Origin: Hydrolagus colliei | Lineage: Eukaryota | Length of the DNA: 64,000 nucleotides | Assembly: GCA_035084275.1 (NCBI GenBank) | Contig: CM068756.1 | Span: forward strand, 8,494,001 to 8,558,000 | Direction of reading: 5' to 3' | Part shown: piece by piece, positions 52,120 through 64,000 of the stretch | How the letters are laid out: the number at the start of each line of letters is the position of its first letter | Numbering within the stretch: position 1 is the first letter of the stretch | The notes under the pieces: model-generated | What the model was told of the DNA's origin: nothing | Seen by the model: only the letters and a program-made list of their open reading frames with translations | Database searches by the model: none | Made by a program: the position numbers and the translations under genes

Positions 52120-52406
52120 AAGGTGAATTCAGCAGCTAATTTGTGACCTGTTGTGGCTGTCCCACAAATAACCATGATGTGAATGATTGATTTTATCCAG
52201 AAGATTATTAATCAGGTGAAATTCCTCTTTTTGAATAGGATTACGGAATTGCCTCCGCCTGAAGCAGCAGACAGGACACCAGGTTAAGGTCTCATCCTAA
52301 AGATGCCAATTCCATCATTGCAGCACTCTCCCAGGATTGCACTGGGATTGGATTGGGCTTGAACCCACAACTTTCTAACTCAGACATGAAAGTGCTACCA
52401 ACTGAG
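52120..52406 (-). mobile_element. Old DeuSINE-type element
   Basis: ggttaaggtctcatcctaaagatg...gcagcactc...ggcttgaacccacaactttctaactcag resembles the Deu-domain and tRNA head (recalled consensus); paralogous to 56365-56630 and 58045-58400. Confidence 0.65.
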
Positions 52407-54572
52407 CGTGGTTGACAAACTGAACGAAAGATCCTCATATCCACATTCCACCTTCCTTTCTATTTTGACAAGCTACAATAGTTGGCTCAATTTAGAAAGA
52501 AGGCAGAATCACATCAGAATGCTTCAGTTTAGTCAGACACCAGTGATACTCAACATACAATGCATACATACGACACTTCTATTGTTCCATGGCAACTCGC
52601 CACACAAATTCATTATCATATCACCCTAAGCTTGACTCCATTCCAAACCAAGAAGTGGTTACAAGATAGTCAAAGAGTGACATAGCTTAAGGCAGGCTTG
52701 TAATTCAAACCTGTCCTTGCTGTTTGTTGAAACTAAAGTCACACCGTGGTGTGCAGTTTCAGTGGTGTGGTTATAAGTTTAAATTGATAAAATGTAATTT
52801 GAAAGTTGTGATCTGAGACAGGTGGTCTAAATGTTCACCAATAGTATCTTTGGAGTATCTTTGGCAATGTTGGCCATGAATAGAATTTCCATTATAATCC
52901 CCCATTACACCAACTAGAATTTTATATATACATAGAGATATATATATACACACACACACACGTAACAAAGTCAAATATGATATCTTAATAGACTGGGGCC
53001 AATCGGATTTTTATTTCAATCAATTCTTTGCATTATTTATTTCCCCTCTCTACACTCCTTCTGCTTCACACACCACTCCTTATCCAAGCAACAGAGGCAG
53101 ACAGAAGGCTCATTCCTAAATTGGTGTTCTAACATCCGTGGCAGGAGTGATGCCCATTCTGATATTCCAGTCTCCTTTGTGAGGAAGCGCTATACTGTCT
53201 CAGACCATCTCACTCACCAAGGAATCACAGGACCAGTTTGATGCTGTCCGTAAGGAATATGAACACTAACATTGACTGATTAAAACACTAAACATGTTAT
53301 ATGCAAGTCAAATTGTACAACATATTATCCAAGCTAGAATTGTTCCCATAGCAGACTTCATATTCTTAATAAGATTTTATAAAGTTTATAGAATATTTGG
53401 TGAAAACAAGATTAAAAACACTGAGAGGCAAAAGGTTGATACTGTACTCAATTAAATACTGTAATGCACTTTATTTACAGCCCAAATAATCAGCAAGTAA
53501 CTACTGAAACAATCTGGACAAATTGCTCATCTAAATACTGTATGTTCTGAATTGGACTGGGTTGTGGATCAGTGCAGTTGTGATTTTTTGAGTCAGTTTA
53601 GATGGAAGCCAGTTGCTAACAACCTCATCCGTGTTCAAGATCAGTAAAACAGTTTAAGAGGTGTATTAGACATTAAGAAGAGGGAAGTTAATCATTTTGG
53701 GGTTAATTAAATTTAGCTGGGAAGGATGTGTTTTTCTAATACTGTATATAAACGTGCCTGAATTTGACAATATCACAAAAACCCAGTAGTTGAGAATGAC
53801 TGAGATTGTGGAATTCAGTCACAGACTTTTCCACATTTCTGTTCAAATAACACTTTCCAAAGTAGATGCTGAACTGGCTAATCATGATAAATAGACCGGA
53901 GATTCATATAATTCCTCTACCTCTGGCCTGTGTTAGTCTGAACCCTGTTAAATTTATTCCAACATGAACTCAAAGTCAAACATGATGGTTGTTCATAAGT
54001 CTGGACAGCTGTTTGCTAATACCCTTTGTATCGCGTCAGAACCACTTTTTGTTCTCTGTCAAAGTGTCTGACTGAATTGCAAATTTCAAACATCAATCAT
54101 GGTGTTTTGTACAAACCCTTCTTAAATAAACCTTCCAACTCTGTTCCTGTCCTTAAACATTACAGTGTGTATTAGAGGGCAAATGTAAATATCTATATGT
54201 GTAAAGAAAACTGAGAAAACTAATTTTCAATCACTCAGATCCAAACACAGTAACCTTTTTAAAATGTCTTTTTACACCATATGAAATAATTAATTTTTGA
54301 GATAAAGAGAACAGCCCAAGATACATTTTTCCTCACTGTTGCAGTGTAATTCTTGTGATGTGTGTACTCTTTAATGTCAGGAATAGATTTAAATATTATT
54401 TAAGGAAATCTGATTGCAAGGTATTAACAGAATTATTGTGTCCTGCAAGTGGTTTATGATAAGCTAAATAAGTATAGAACAAGACACTTTACACACAGTG
54501 CCCCTATCTTGGTTTTGTTTCTAATGCTGATGATGGTACAAGGAAATCAAGAGCAGTTCTCAGAAGCAATAC

Positions 54573-54869
54573 AATAATAATAATCCTTATATTTGATATA
54601 GTACTTTTCATGTCTTCTAACATCTCAAAGCACTTCACAGAATGTACTGTAAAGTGAATTGACTGTATATTTTGTATGTGAAATGCAGCAGCCAATTGTG
54701 CACAGCAGAGCACCACAAACAGGACTGAGTTGACCAATTATTATTTTTTTTAAAGTGATTATTATCAGACGTGTGGAGTAAGGAAACTTGCCCAAGGTTT
54801 TGCCCTGCCTGGAGTTGAATCCAGGTGTCTCGCTTGCAAGGTGAATGCTCAAACCACTGAGCTCCACAA
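54573..54869 (-). mobile_element. Near full-length copy of the same SINE family
   Basis: Reverse complement aligns by eye with 61019-61368 from tRNA head to (ATT)n tail. Confidence 0.88.
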
Positions 54870-54899
54870 TAGCAAAATAATCATAATTAAGAACCTATT

Positions 54900-54978
54900 G
54901 TGGTCCTGGGTGATTGGGTGAATGCAATGTTAGCACACAATTCTTTCAGCTCTGGGACCTGGGCTCAAATCTAGCCCC
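54900..54978 (+). mobile_element. Possible LF-SINE-like head remnant (related inverted copy about 41835-41910)
   Basis: ctttcagctctgggacctgggctcaaatctagccc resembles the recalled LF-SINE head CCTTTCACCTCTAGGTCACTGGGTTCGAATCCAGCCC. Confidence 0.35.
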
Positions 54979-55240
54979 CACACTCTGGAACTCTATCCCA
55001 CAGTCCCTTCGCCTCGCTTCCTCCCTTGCCTCCAACAAGGCCTATCTCAAGACCCTCCTCTTTGATCATGTCTTCTGCCGCCCTCCCAACTCTTTCCCTC
55101 CCTCCCCTCCCTGTTCAAAATTTCAAAGATATTAAGTCTAAATCTAACTGAATTCTTAATTCAATATAGACATTCATTCAGCACCTTGGAAGGTGCCCCC
55201 AACATGAAAGGCTCTCTATAAATGTAATTTTGTTGTTGTT
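54975..55240 (+). mobile_element. L2 3' end related to 37215-38297
   Basis: APTLWNSIPQSLRLASSLASNKAYLKTLLF and tail gaaaggctctctataaatgtaattttgttgttg. Confidence 0.8.
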
Positions 55241-56364
55241 CTTGCAGTGCAAACTAGTGGGGTGAATGGTTCTTCTCTCTGCTGCCTGCTAGATCCTGTC
55301 TAAAATGGAGTTTGTAGAGTCTCAATCTTTGGTTCAATTTTACGTCTAAAACAGGAATTTAACAATCCCTGCTCCACCACTAACGTTCTCAGCTCTTTAA
55401 AAGCCTGATTCACCCAGAAGAAAATACATACCCAGAAATACTGCAACTTGTAATCGAGTAACCTCTTTGAAACCTTGTCAACTGAAGGGCATTATGAACA
55501 AATTTACAGATGTTATATAGAACAGGCTTCAAGGATAAGATCTCTATAATTCCAAATGTCAGCTTTGTACCATCGGCAATTATAGCGATATAAATAAGAA
55601 TAATTAAAGCAACCTTGAAATTGTTGTAATAATTCCATTTCATTTTTTTTTGTGAAATAAAATTACGTTCCATTACGCAATTGGCGTAACAAAGAGTATT
55701 CAACTGAGCCACATTTACAAGTCTGTTTCAATCCGTGCTTGCACAACCGTAACCAAGTATTACCAACTAGTTATTCAATCTTTATAAATTTGAGAAACAC
55801 ATACTGTTGAGCAATGACTCATACATCAGTCTATTATATGCTACAGGGCTGACTCTTTTAAAACAAATCACTTTGCCTGCAGCTGAAGAATAGAAGCAAT
55901 ATACAGATCAGAGGTTATTGTCTAATTTAAATCTTGGCTTTTTTCCCGGCACCAGACGACTTCACTTTGTGCCCATGCTGCTTCGTTTTACTGCCAGTGA
56001 TGTTCTGCCTGTGCTGAAACTGCCTTTGGGTGCTTTCCAAAAATGTGTCTACAAAATGCCATCAACAAGTTGCTCAAGATTAACAGTACGACTATAGCAA
56101 ATTAATTGGAATCATTGAAACACATGTCCTATATGTTTGCTTTAAATCCTCATACACCTGTTTCTCAATTGGTTAGGTCTGTCAGTAAATATTCATTCTG
56201 CATATCAATTTAATCTAAATGCATTTAGGTAAGTGGTGGAGGCATGGTTATCAATACAGAACAGCAACATAGTTTTCACTGTTAAACATTAGACAAGCCT
56301 TTACAATAAAATTGGAATCCTTGCATTTGTTATAGCACTGACAATATTGAGAATGCTTGAAGAA

Positions 56365-56630
56365 TATTTTGTGGGCAAATATGCCAGCTAATTTGAACAC
56401 AACAATGTCTCACAAACCACCAATAAAATGAATCACCAATTTTATCTGTGGGATTGTTTGCCAGGACAATAGAGGAAACTGCCTTTTCTTTTCAAATAGC
56501 ACCCTGATATGTTTAACGTCCATCTGAACAAGCAGATAGGAGCTTGGTTTAATGTCATCCAAAGGATGGCACCTCCAACAATGCAGTACTTTCCTAGCAC
56601 TGCATTGAGAGTGTCAGCCTTAGACTATGA
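56365..56630 (-). mobile_element. Old DeuSINE-type element
   Basis: ggtttaatgtcatccaaaggatggcacctccaacaatgcagtac...gtgtcagcct. Confidence 0.65.
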
Positions 56631-58044
56631 GCTATGACTTTGTCTATTATCTGAGCTGCTTTTGCTAATAATGTATTAGGTGGCACTACACATTGCTAAA
56701 GATCAAGAATCCACTTTAAGTGATTCTCGGATCAGAGCTTTCTGGAAGTCCAAAGCCGATATCCCCATGAAAACATACTCTGAGCTTCATCTATTTGGCC
56801 TTTAGATATTCACTAATAGCTGCTTGGCTACAGTCACTGGGAAGAATCTGAACCAGTGGCAACAGACACAAAATAATTATTCTTAAACCTTTTAAAATGT
56901 CAACACTGAAAGTGCTGAGTTGGTGCACAGGTAGCACCCGTGCCTTTCTTCCAGTGAGATCATTTGAGATAACCGCTCAAGAAATTTTCACTATGAATGG
57001 AACTCACAATGACAAGCAGCAACAAGTCAAAGTTATCAGCTGTGCTATCAAATCCTCCCAACATGTTCTTGTGATCTTGAATCTGACTGCTGTGTTGCAA
57101 TTACCCCCCTATTTCAGATGATGAAATATGAAGCTGTTTTCAAGATCCTCCACACCAATTTTTTTTCCTGTCTAAATGAAGCAGAGTTATACCAGCTTGA
57201 CTGATATTTATAGAAAGAATTCTCAGAGCCTAAACTTGACAGTGATGAATGATGCTGTGATGTTATGTCAGAGCTCCCATCACACTTCCAATAACCTGAG
57301 CTGAATGCCCGCCATGTGTTTCTTGTACTAAGATTTTCTTCATTCATCTTCATTAGACAGACATTTGACCTGGCCAGTAACATCCTTATCAGGTTCGGCC
57401 AACTGGGAACTCCCCCAACAATGTTTTGTTTCACTGATGGGATCAGTGTGATATTTGTGGTTGCAACCCAATAAAAAAAATGTTTATACAGTAAACATAA
57501 TCCATTGGAACCCTCACAGGTTGTACGCTCCCGATAACAGAACAAGGGTACAAGTGAATCAATTTTGCTTTTATTAAAATCGCAAGACATTTTAGATTAA
57601 ATCCTTAACAGATGAACAATTTTATAAATTTATTTTAGTCCCTTGTTATAAATCAGGCTGCTGCACACAGATTCAATGTGTTGTGTCCTGTGGTATGTGG
57701 CCTATTAAAGGGGTATAGTTTTCCCACTGGGCAAGGTGAGGAGGTGAGTAATTATGGCAACAGCTTAGAACAGCTTAAGCAGTTCCCAGCAGTGATAACA
57801 GCACAGTACGAGTCAGCCTCAATATTTTCAACAATGTTATTCTTGAAAACTTTCATCAGAGATTGCACTGTGCTTCCAGCAATCTCTTTAATTAGACCTT
57901 TAAATATCCAATTTGATAACCAAAAATGCATTGTCAACTACTGGGAACATTATTTTAATTGATTGAAAAATGTGAATTCTCCTAACAGACCATAGAACAA
58001 TATGGGTTCCACCCATTGAGCACTCAAATTTCACCCCAAGCAAA

Positions 58045-58400
58045 CAAAGTAGCCAATTTGTGCAAACAAGATCTCACATACAGCCACCAATTGAATGACC
58101 AATTTTCTGAAGGAGGTTAGTTAGCCACTTGGAACTCTCTTATTTTTAAATAGTGCCATTGTATCTTCAGTGTCCATGGGTGGACAGCTCCTCACCTCAG
58201 TGTCTCATTTAAAGGACATCACCTACAAAAATGCAACACACTCCCAGCACTACACCATCAAGTGCTCTGAGACGCCATCCAGCATGGAGGACGCTATATA
58301 AATCAAAGTTGTTGTGAGTGTCAGCATAGACTATTTGCTCATGGGACTTGAATTTAAAATAACCTTCTAACTCAAAGGCTAAAGCGTTTAGCCAAATACC
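58045..58400 (-). mobile_element. Old DeuSINE-type element with a nested L2-type tail (about 58256-58315)
   Basis: tgtctcatttaaaggacatcacc...ctcccagcactacac[insert]gagtgtcagcatagac...gggacttgaa. Confidence 0.6.
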
Positions 58401-58971
58401 CAAGTAGTGGGTATTTAAAGAACACTACAAAATTGTTTACTAAATACCTAAATGTTTGAACCCTTGTGTTTACTGTGTTTAAGAGACAAGTCGTGGTTTC
58501 ACATTTCGTCTTCAACAGCAGGAAGGTTCCCACTCCTTTTAGCAACTTGCTTTAGGTGATTACATCATCAATAGTCCTCCAGCTTAATGTTGTAAACATC
58601 TTTCCACAGTCTTACAGCTAGTAAATAAATAAATCAATCAATCAAAACTTACATTTATAAATAAAGCCGACAATCATCAAATAAACATAAAAGGGTAGAA
58701 TAATTAATCAATGCAATTAATCTTTTCCAGTCCACTAAGCACCTTGGGGAGTTACTGCCCAACTGCAAATTCCCAGTTGCAACTGTACTATAGCAGTGGC
58801 CAATTTGGAAATCTTAGGGAAATGTTCCACCTGGATCTAGATTTATTCTATTTACATAACACTTCAGAGAGTCCAGAATTTGTCAAATTGTTGACTTTGA
58901 TCTTAACTTTGCAACTAATAATCTGCCATTCTTAAAAGACCTTTCTGTGATTCAAACAATCCAGTCAGAAT

Positions 58972-59011
58972 ATTCTATAATATAGAATATTTTTATTCTA
59001 TATTATAGAAT
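58972..59011. repeat. AT-rich perfect inverted repeat (18-bp arms, 4-nt spacer)
   Basis: ATTCTATAATATAGAATA-tttt-TATTCTATATTATAGAAT. Confidence 0.9.
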
Positions 59012-59249
59012 TAAAATGGTTAATCCACAGACAAGCTGGTATCTTTCTTAGAGCTGTACAGTACAAATTTGAAAAATGACACATTGTAAACGTTCACATG
59101 TTACCTGTCTGCCATCACCTTCATTTAATTGCTTGGAACCAGAATATAATGAAGAATTCTCCTGAAACAACATAAGCTGAGTGTTTCCTGGCAGCCACTT
59201 TAGTTTTGACAATTGTGTGAGGGTTAAATGAATCATACGATCAAATATA

Positions 59250-59360
59250 TTAAAGGGTGCAGGGAAATAGCAGGAAATGGGATTAGAGTAGATAGATCCA
59301 GCGGAGAAATAGCACCACCAAAGGATATGATGGGCTGAATGACCTCCTTTTCAATGGTTC
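59250..59360 (+). mobile_element. CR1 3' UTR remnant
   Basis: gcaggaaatgggattagag...gatgggctgaatgacctcc. Confidence 0.55.
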
Positions 59361-61018
59361 TACAGCAATTACAACAGTGGACATCAGTAGTCTTTTGTAA
59401 ATACCAGCACATTCAGTCAATAGAACTGAAAGTTGGTAGCGATGTACATAAATGGTAAGATGTGTGGTAGGCAGTCAAAAGGTAACAAACGATAAATACA
59501 CTTTTTTAAACAACCATTTTCAAAATATTCAATTTACATTTCTACCGTAAATGCCCCCTTTTGTCTTATTTTTAACCCAAATTCACATGTTTTCGTACTC
59601 TTTTTTTCTATCCTTCTGATTTGATGGAAAAAGGGAAATTTAATGTTTGTGCTTATAGCAAAAACACCAGATGTAAGATCGTAGTAAAATGTTACAGGTG
59701 GATAGAATCAATGTAAAGATTAGGTTTTCATCTCAAAACCAGTATTTGTAGCATATTTATTTTTTCATATACAGACCTACTGTATTTGGATAAAGTTGCG
59801 GCTAATAGCTCTCATCTAGAATCTCTTCACTGAAACACAAATACATCGATCAAAGAAAGAAGCTTTCCCTGCAATATAAAGCAGTCTGCCTCAGAAATCA
59901 CAAGTAAATCAATCAGACATGAACAAAGCGAGGCAAAAGGTGCCAAAAAGACTTGTTATGTGAGTAAAGATGACAGAAAAAGATATTTGAGGACGATTTA
60001 GTGTATTTATAACATTGGATTTTTTTTCACAAAAGCTCCATTCTTCAACTTGGAAGAACATTACAGGCAATGGAGATTGTGAAATTGTGCTTTCTGTGTC
60101 AGCCTCTGTCAGGCCAACAATGGTGCTTGTATCCTTGCCAGGAGGCAATTTAAGAGGTTAAAATTCTTCTGGTGGAGGAAATAAAATTAAATCTTGTATG
60201 TCGGATTTAACCGCAAAATAACATGTTAGGGATGACAATCACTGAGCAAAGTTACTGTCGCAAATAAAAACAAGTACTGTGCAATGTATAATGGAAAAAG
60301 CTAGTAATTAGTCAATTTAATTGGATTATTTTGATCTCAAAAGGCACAGCTAATTTTTTTATTTGTAGGATAAATTCACGGATTTCAGCAATCAGATGAT
60401 CTAGAAAAAGGATGTCGATAGCAGCTCTTAATAATTTCCAGATTATACCAAGTGCACAGTCTGAAAACCAGTGTGATTTGGGTAGTTGAGCTGACAAGAG
60501 TGTAATGACTCAAAACTGAATGGCTCAGTTCTTGTTTGCCACAAATATCTCACCTGAAAACCACCAACCTTCTAGATGCTCTTCAACAACTGGCACCAGG
60601 AGGCACAACTCTATATAGAAGTTCCCCAAGGATATTGGAGGGTGGGCTCAGATTTTGCATTGACTGTGGAGGGAGCAAGCCTCCTCTGGTTATTTTTCCT
60701 TATGAAAGTGTTGCCGTTATCTCCTTTTCATCTCATGAAATTCCCCTCAAACCATAAACATATTGTAATCACAAGAAGCAAAGATGTGACTGGGTATGTA
60801 ATGGCATTTTGCAAAGCTCTTCTGCAACACCTAAGTTTTCTTCCAATGCACTTTTCTTTTCAGCTGCCTTGAGTGACTAACCCCGCAACTATCTCAGTCG
60901 ATTGGCACCTGATGGAATGAAACTCAATCAAGGCAGAGATTTCATTATATAACTTTAATATTTAATTATGTAAAGCTGCTTTCAAAAGTAAACAGATTAT
61001 TATTATCACTCAATTATC

Positions 61019-61336
61019 ACTGTGGCTCAGTGGTTAGAGCACTTGTCTTGCAAGCTGGGGAGACCAAGCTGGGGAGACCTGTGTTCGAATCCAGGCAGGT
61101 CGGGGCGAAACCTTGGGCAAGTTTCCTTACTTCACACGCCTAATAATAATCCCTCCAAAAAAAACACAATAATAAAATTGGTCATTTCAATCCACGACTG
61201 TTTATGGGACACTGCTGTGCGCAATTGGCTGCCGCGATTCGCCCACAAATATACAGTCAATTAACTTTACAGTATATTATGTGAAGCACTTTGGGACGTC
61301 GATAAGATGTGAAAAAGCGCTATATTAAACGCAAGG

Positions 61337-61368
<32 letters not shown>
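61019..61368 (+). mobile_element. Full-length tRNA-derived SINE with Deu-like core and L2-type 3' tail
   Basis: A box TGGCTCAGTGG, B box GTTCGAATCC (61083-61092), core GCTGTGCGCAATTGGCTGCCGCG, tail AAGCGCTATATTAAACGCAAGG(ATT)n. Confidence 0.9.
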
Positions 61369-61369
<1 letters not shown>

Positions 61370-64000
61370 AGAGGGTCGCAGATTAAAATGCTTGATGTAA
61401 TTTGGGGACATAACTATACATTTTGTTTTTTGGGGTCAAATTGACTGGCTAACGCACACAAAAACATATCATCAGACCAAGACTACCCAAAACAAATTAC
61501 TGAGAGTTCCACATACACTTGGCAATTTCCATTCATCATAATGTAACCTACCTGGCTACTATTCAAGTGTGTCAAATTATATACACTCGTAGTTTTAAAA
61601 GTATTTCATATGGACTCTGGACATTGTGTTTGAATGAGAGGGAGGAGATAAAGCACATATTCATACGTGGGTCTGAAGGAAACGAGCAGTAAAAAGGGAC
61701 AATTATCCTCCCCATCCCAGAGACCAGATTGAAAGGAAAAGACAATAAAAGGAACCTCATCCTGAAGATTTTGTTCTAATTCTTATATCTTGCTATACGA
61801 ATAAGAAATAATTCCTGAATGGATTTCTTGTCAGTTAAAGTATAAGAACAAATAGCATTTTCCATTGGGATTAGGATTCTTTCGTTATGAAAGATAGTTG
61901 AGACCTCTGTTCAACAGCAACAGCAAATAGTATAGCAGTTTTAATGTCAGGAGGACGTTGTAAGGTGTAATCCAATATACTGGAGTTTAATTTGCAGGTT
62001 ATGTTAACTATGTGTTAATACTTCTGTACAGAGGGAATTCATTCTGTAATTAACAACCAATGAATAGGATTATGGAATCAATTGTAATTCCCTTTCTACA
62101 AATGTGTTCGCACATGGTAAACACAACCCTCAAATCAGGCCCATTTTACTGACTACATATAGTCTTATTGCATAGGATTTCTGAATCAAATTAGAATATA
62201 ATATAAAATAAATATGTAAAGCTCTGTCTGAGAACAAAGAAGGGCTTGAGCCCACTATACATTGATAACAGATAAAATATGAGAAACATTTCTAAATTTA
62301 CAGATTTGGTGAATGATATTATTGGCCACTGTCTTTCACTGGGCATTTCTGTATATTGTAAAATCAGTGAATTGAAAAATAAAACTCAGTGACTGAAACA
62401 ATAAATCTGGATACCACTCACAGAATAGGAATCTCTCAATACCTACTTTTTTACATAATAGGGTATATAAAGCTGATGTATGTAATGGAAAAAATATATT
62501 TGAATACTTCAGTAATTTATCTATTACTTGCTTGACTGAAGATATATTTTTCTAGATTGTTTAATCCACTCTCTGGATGGAACAATGAGGTTCAATTCAC
62601 ATTATTATGGTTGGGTCTATTCTTTGCAAAATTAGTTTTCTAAAATTATGAGGCAAAGGATAATACATTTAGTGTTATTACACACACTTACTTATTCAAA
62701 AATATATGAAGTTAGTGACACTTAATCAGGTTTCCCTTACAGAAAATGATTTTCATTAAAACGTCTAAAGGTTTTATTCTAATTTTAATAGGACATTTAA
62801 AATGCATTTAGAATAATGCAACATATATTAGAACGCAGCATATTTTATTTCAAAAGAACATTGGGCAAAAAATGTCCCATAAACTGCATTAAGGTTATGA
62901 CTCAACATGTACAAAAGGATATGTTGTAATTGCAGAATGACACAGCGCTTGCATTGTCTTACACTAAGTCTTACACATTCCAATTTTAAAATCTTAGGTT
63001 TCCAGAAACACAGGGTAGATGCTAAGTGTTATTGCCCTCAGAGTAAGTGAATACAATAAGCAGGTCTCTGAAGCAATCCTACTGTTTATTCAGTCCTCTT
63101 CACTAAATCTACCCACAAGCCTCCACTAATGTCACAATCATCACAGTGACATTCCTCTAAAGTGCCGAAAAACAAGCAAACAGCTTCTACTTTACACCTG
63201 CATTAAGTAGAATATGCAGTGCACCCCTCCCCACCGCAACCATCCCCCCCCCCCCCCACCCCGCCCCACACCACCATCACCCTCCCCACACACACACCCT
63301 TAATTGCTATACCACTCCTGAATGACAGATTTGATTGTTTAGTTAAAATCAATGCCAGTTCCTGCAAATGGAAACATGCACATTGACCCAAGTAACTTTT
63401 GGTTTCATTGATATTGCATATATACCTTCTGTTACCTTTCTCATTAAGCGCTTAAGGGTTATATTGATGAAGCAGCCATCAAATAAAAAAAACCTTTGCC
63501 CATTTAATGAGGGTAGCCTGTGCACAATAAATGAGTCAGACAGTCAGTAGCTGAGTTTATAGGTGGTTGCATCGCAAACCCCTTTGTAAACAGTAAACCT
63601 GAGAAGATAACAGATGCAATGATTTGTAAAAGATAATGGCTGCCTGAATAGCTGGATACCGAGACATGGCATAGTGAAAGAGAACTGGGAATACAAACCA
63701 GGGCACCGTTGCAAAACATTGCTTTTATGAAATGCGATACCTAGGCCTGGCTGTACTGTAAATACAAATCATTTACTGTGCCATATGTCCAGGGCTCGGA
63801 AAGTCAATGGCAGATGCCTAGGAGGATTTGAGCCACTTTCAATCACAGAGAAACAAGCTGTGTTTCGCTCTGTACTCTGAGAGGCAAAGCATTTTTGCTC
63901 AGTGTCACGACAGAAAGCAATGACATTTTTTCAATTAACTGACAGCACAATGCAACAGCACACCACTGATCTGAATCGGCTACAGAGCTTGTCCATTTAT

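Noticed and set aside
57114-57590. 158-aa minus-strand ORF
   Set aside because: No recognisable domain or splice context; consistent with a chance ORF in an intron.
61019-61100. tRNA gene
   Set aside because: The tRNA-like head runs into a SINE body and tail, has an internal duplication and lacks an acceptor stem.
46377-64000. TOX3 exon 1 (MDVRFYP-like)
   Set aside because: No matching sequence or CpG-island promoter seen; probably outside the window.
1-64000. CRISPR arrays, operons or other prokaryotic systems
   Set aside because: The sequence is intron-rich vertebrate DNA and has no regularly spaced repeat-spacer array.

Overview
Vertebrate genomic DNA. The SINE, L2, CR1 and Penelope repeat content points to a cartilaginous fish, probably a chimaera (inference). 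The window holds most of a TOX3 gene (TOX HMG-box family) on the minus strand. I read eight coding exons directly (exons 2-9: 46311-46376, 38530-38781, 26565-26834, 25495-25722, 24875-24955, 21654-22466, 16965-17140, 15240-15300). They join in frame to 1947 nt, or 648 aa plus stop. Exon 1 was not found and probably lies beyond 64000. Main surprises: (1) this TOX3 splices on past the polyQ exon into two extra exons encoding a TOX4-type Cys/His C-terminal module that mammalian TOX3 lacks, and intron read-through would give a mammal-like short form; (2) the NLS/HMG-box exon begins with a perfect GTAAGT donor, a recursive-splice geometry whose use would delete that exon in frame; (3) two inverted copies of a non-autonomous hAT element carry promoter-like motifs, a hairpin, splice donors and a G-rich minisatellite. 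The rest is intronic or intergenic sequence with tRNA-derived SINEs, L2 and CR1 fragments, a Penelope-like fragment with a hammerhead-like core, a probable pogo-like transposase fossil and a 188-N gap. Family comparisons are from memory and need database confirmation; repeat boundaries are approximate.
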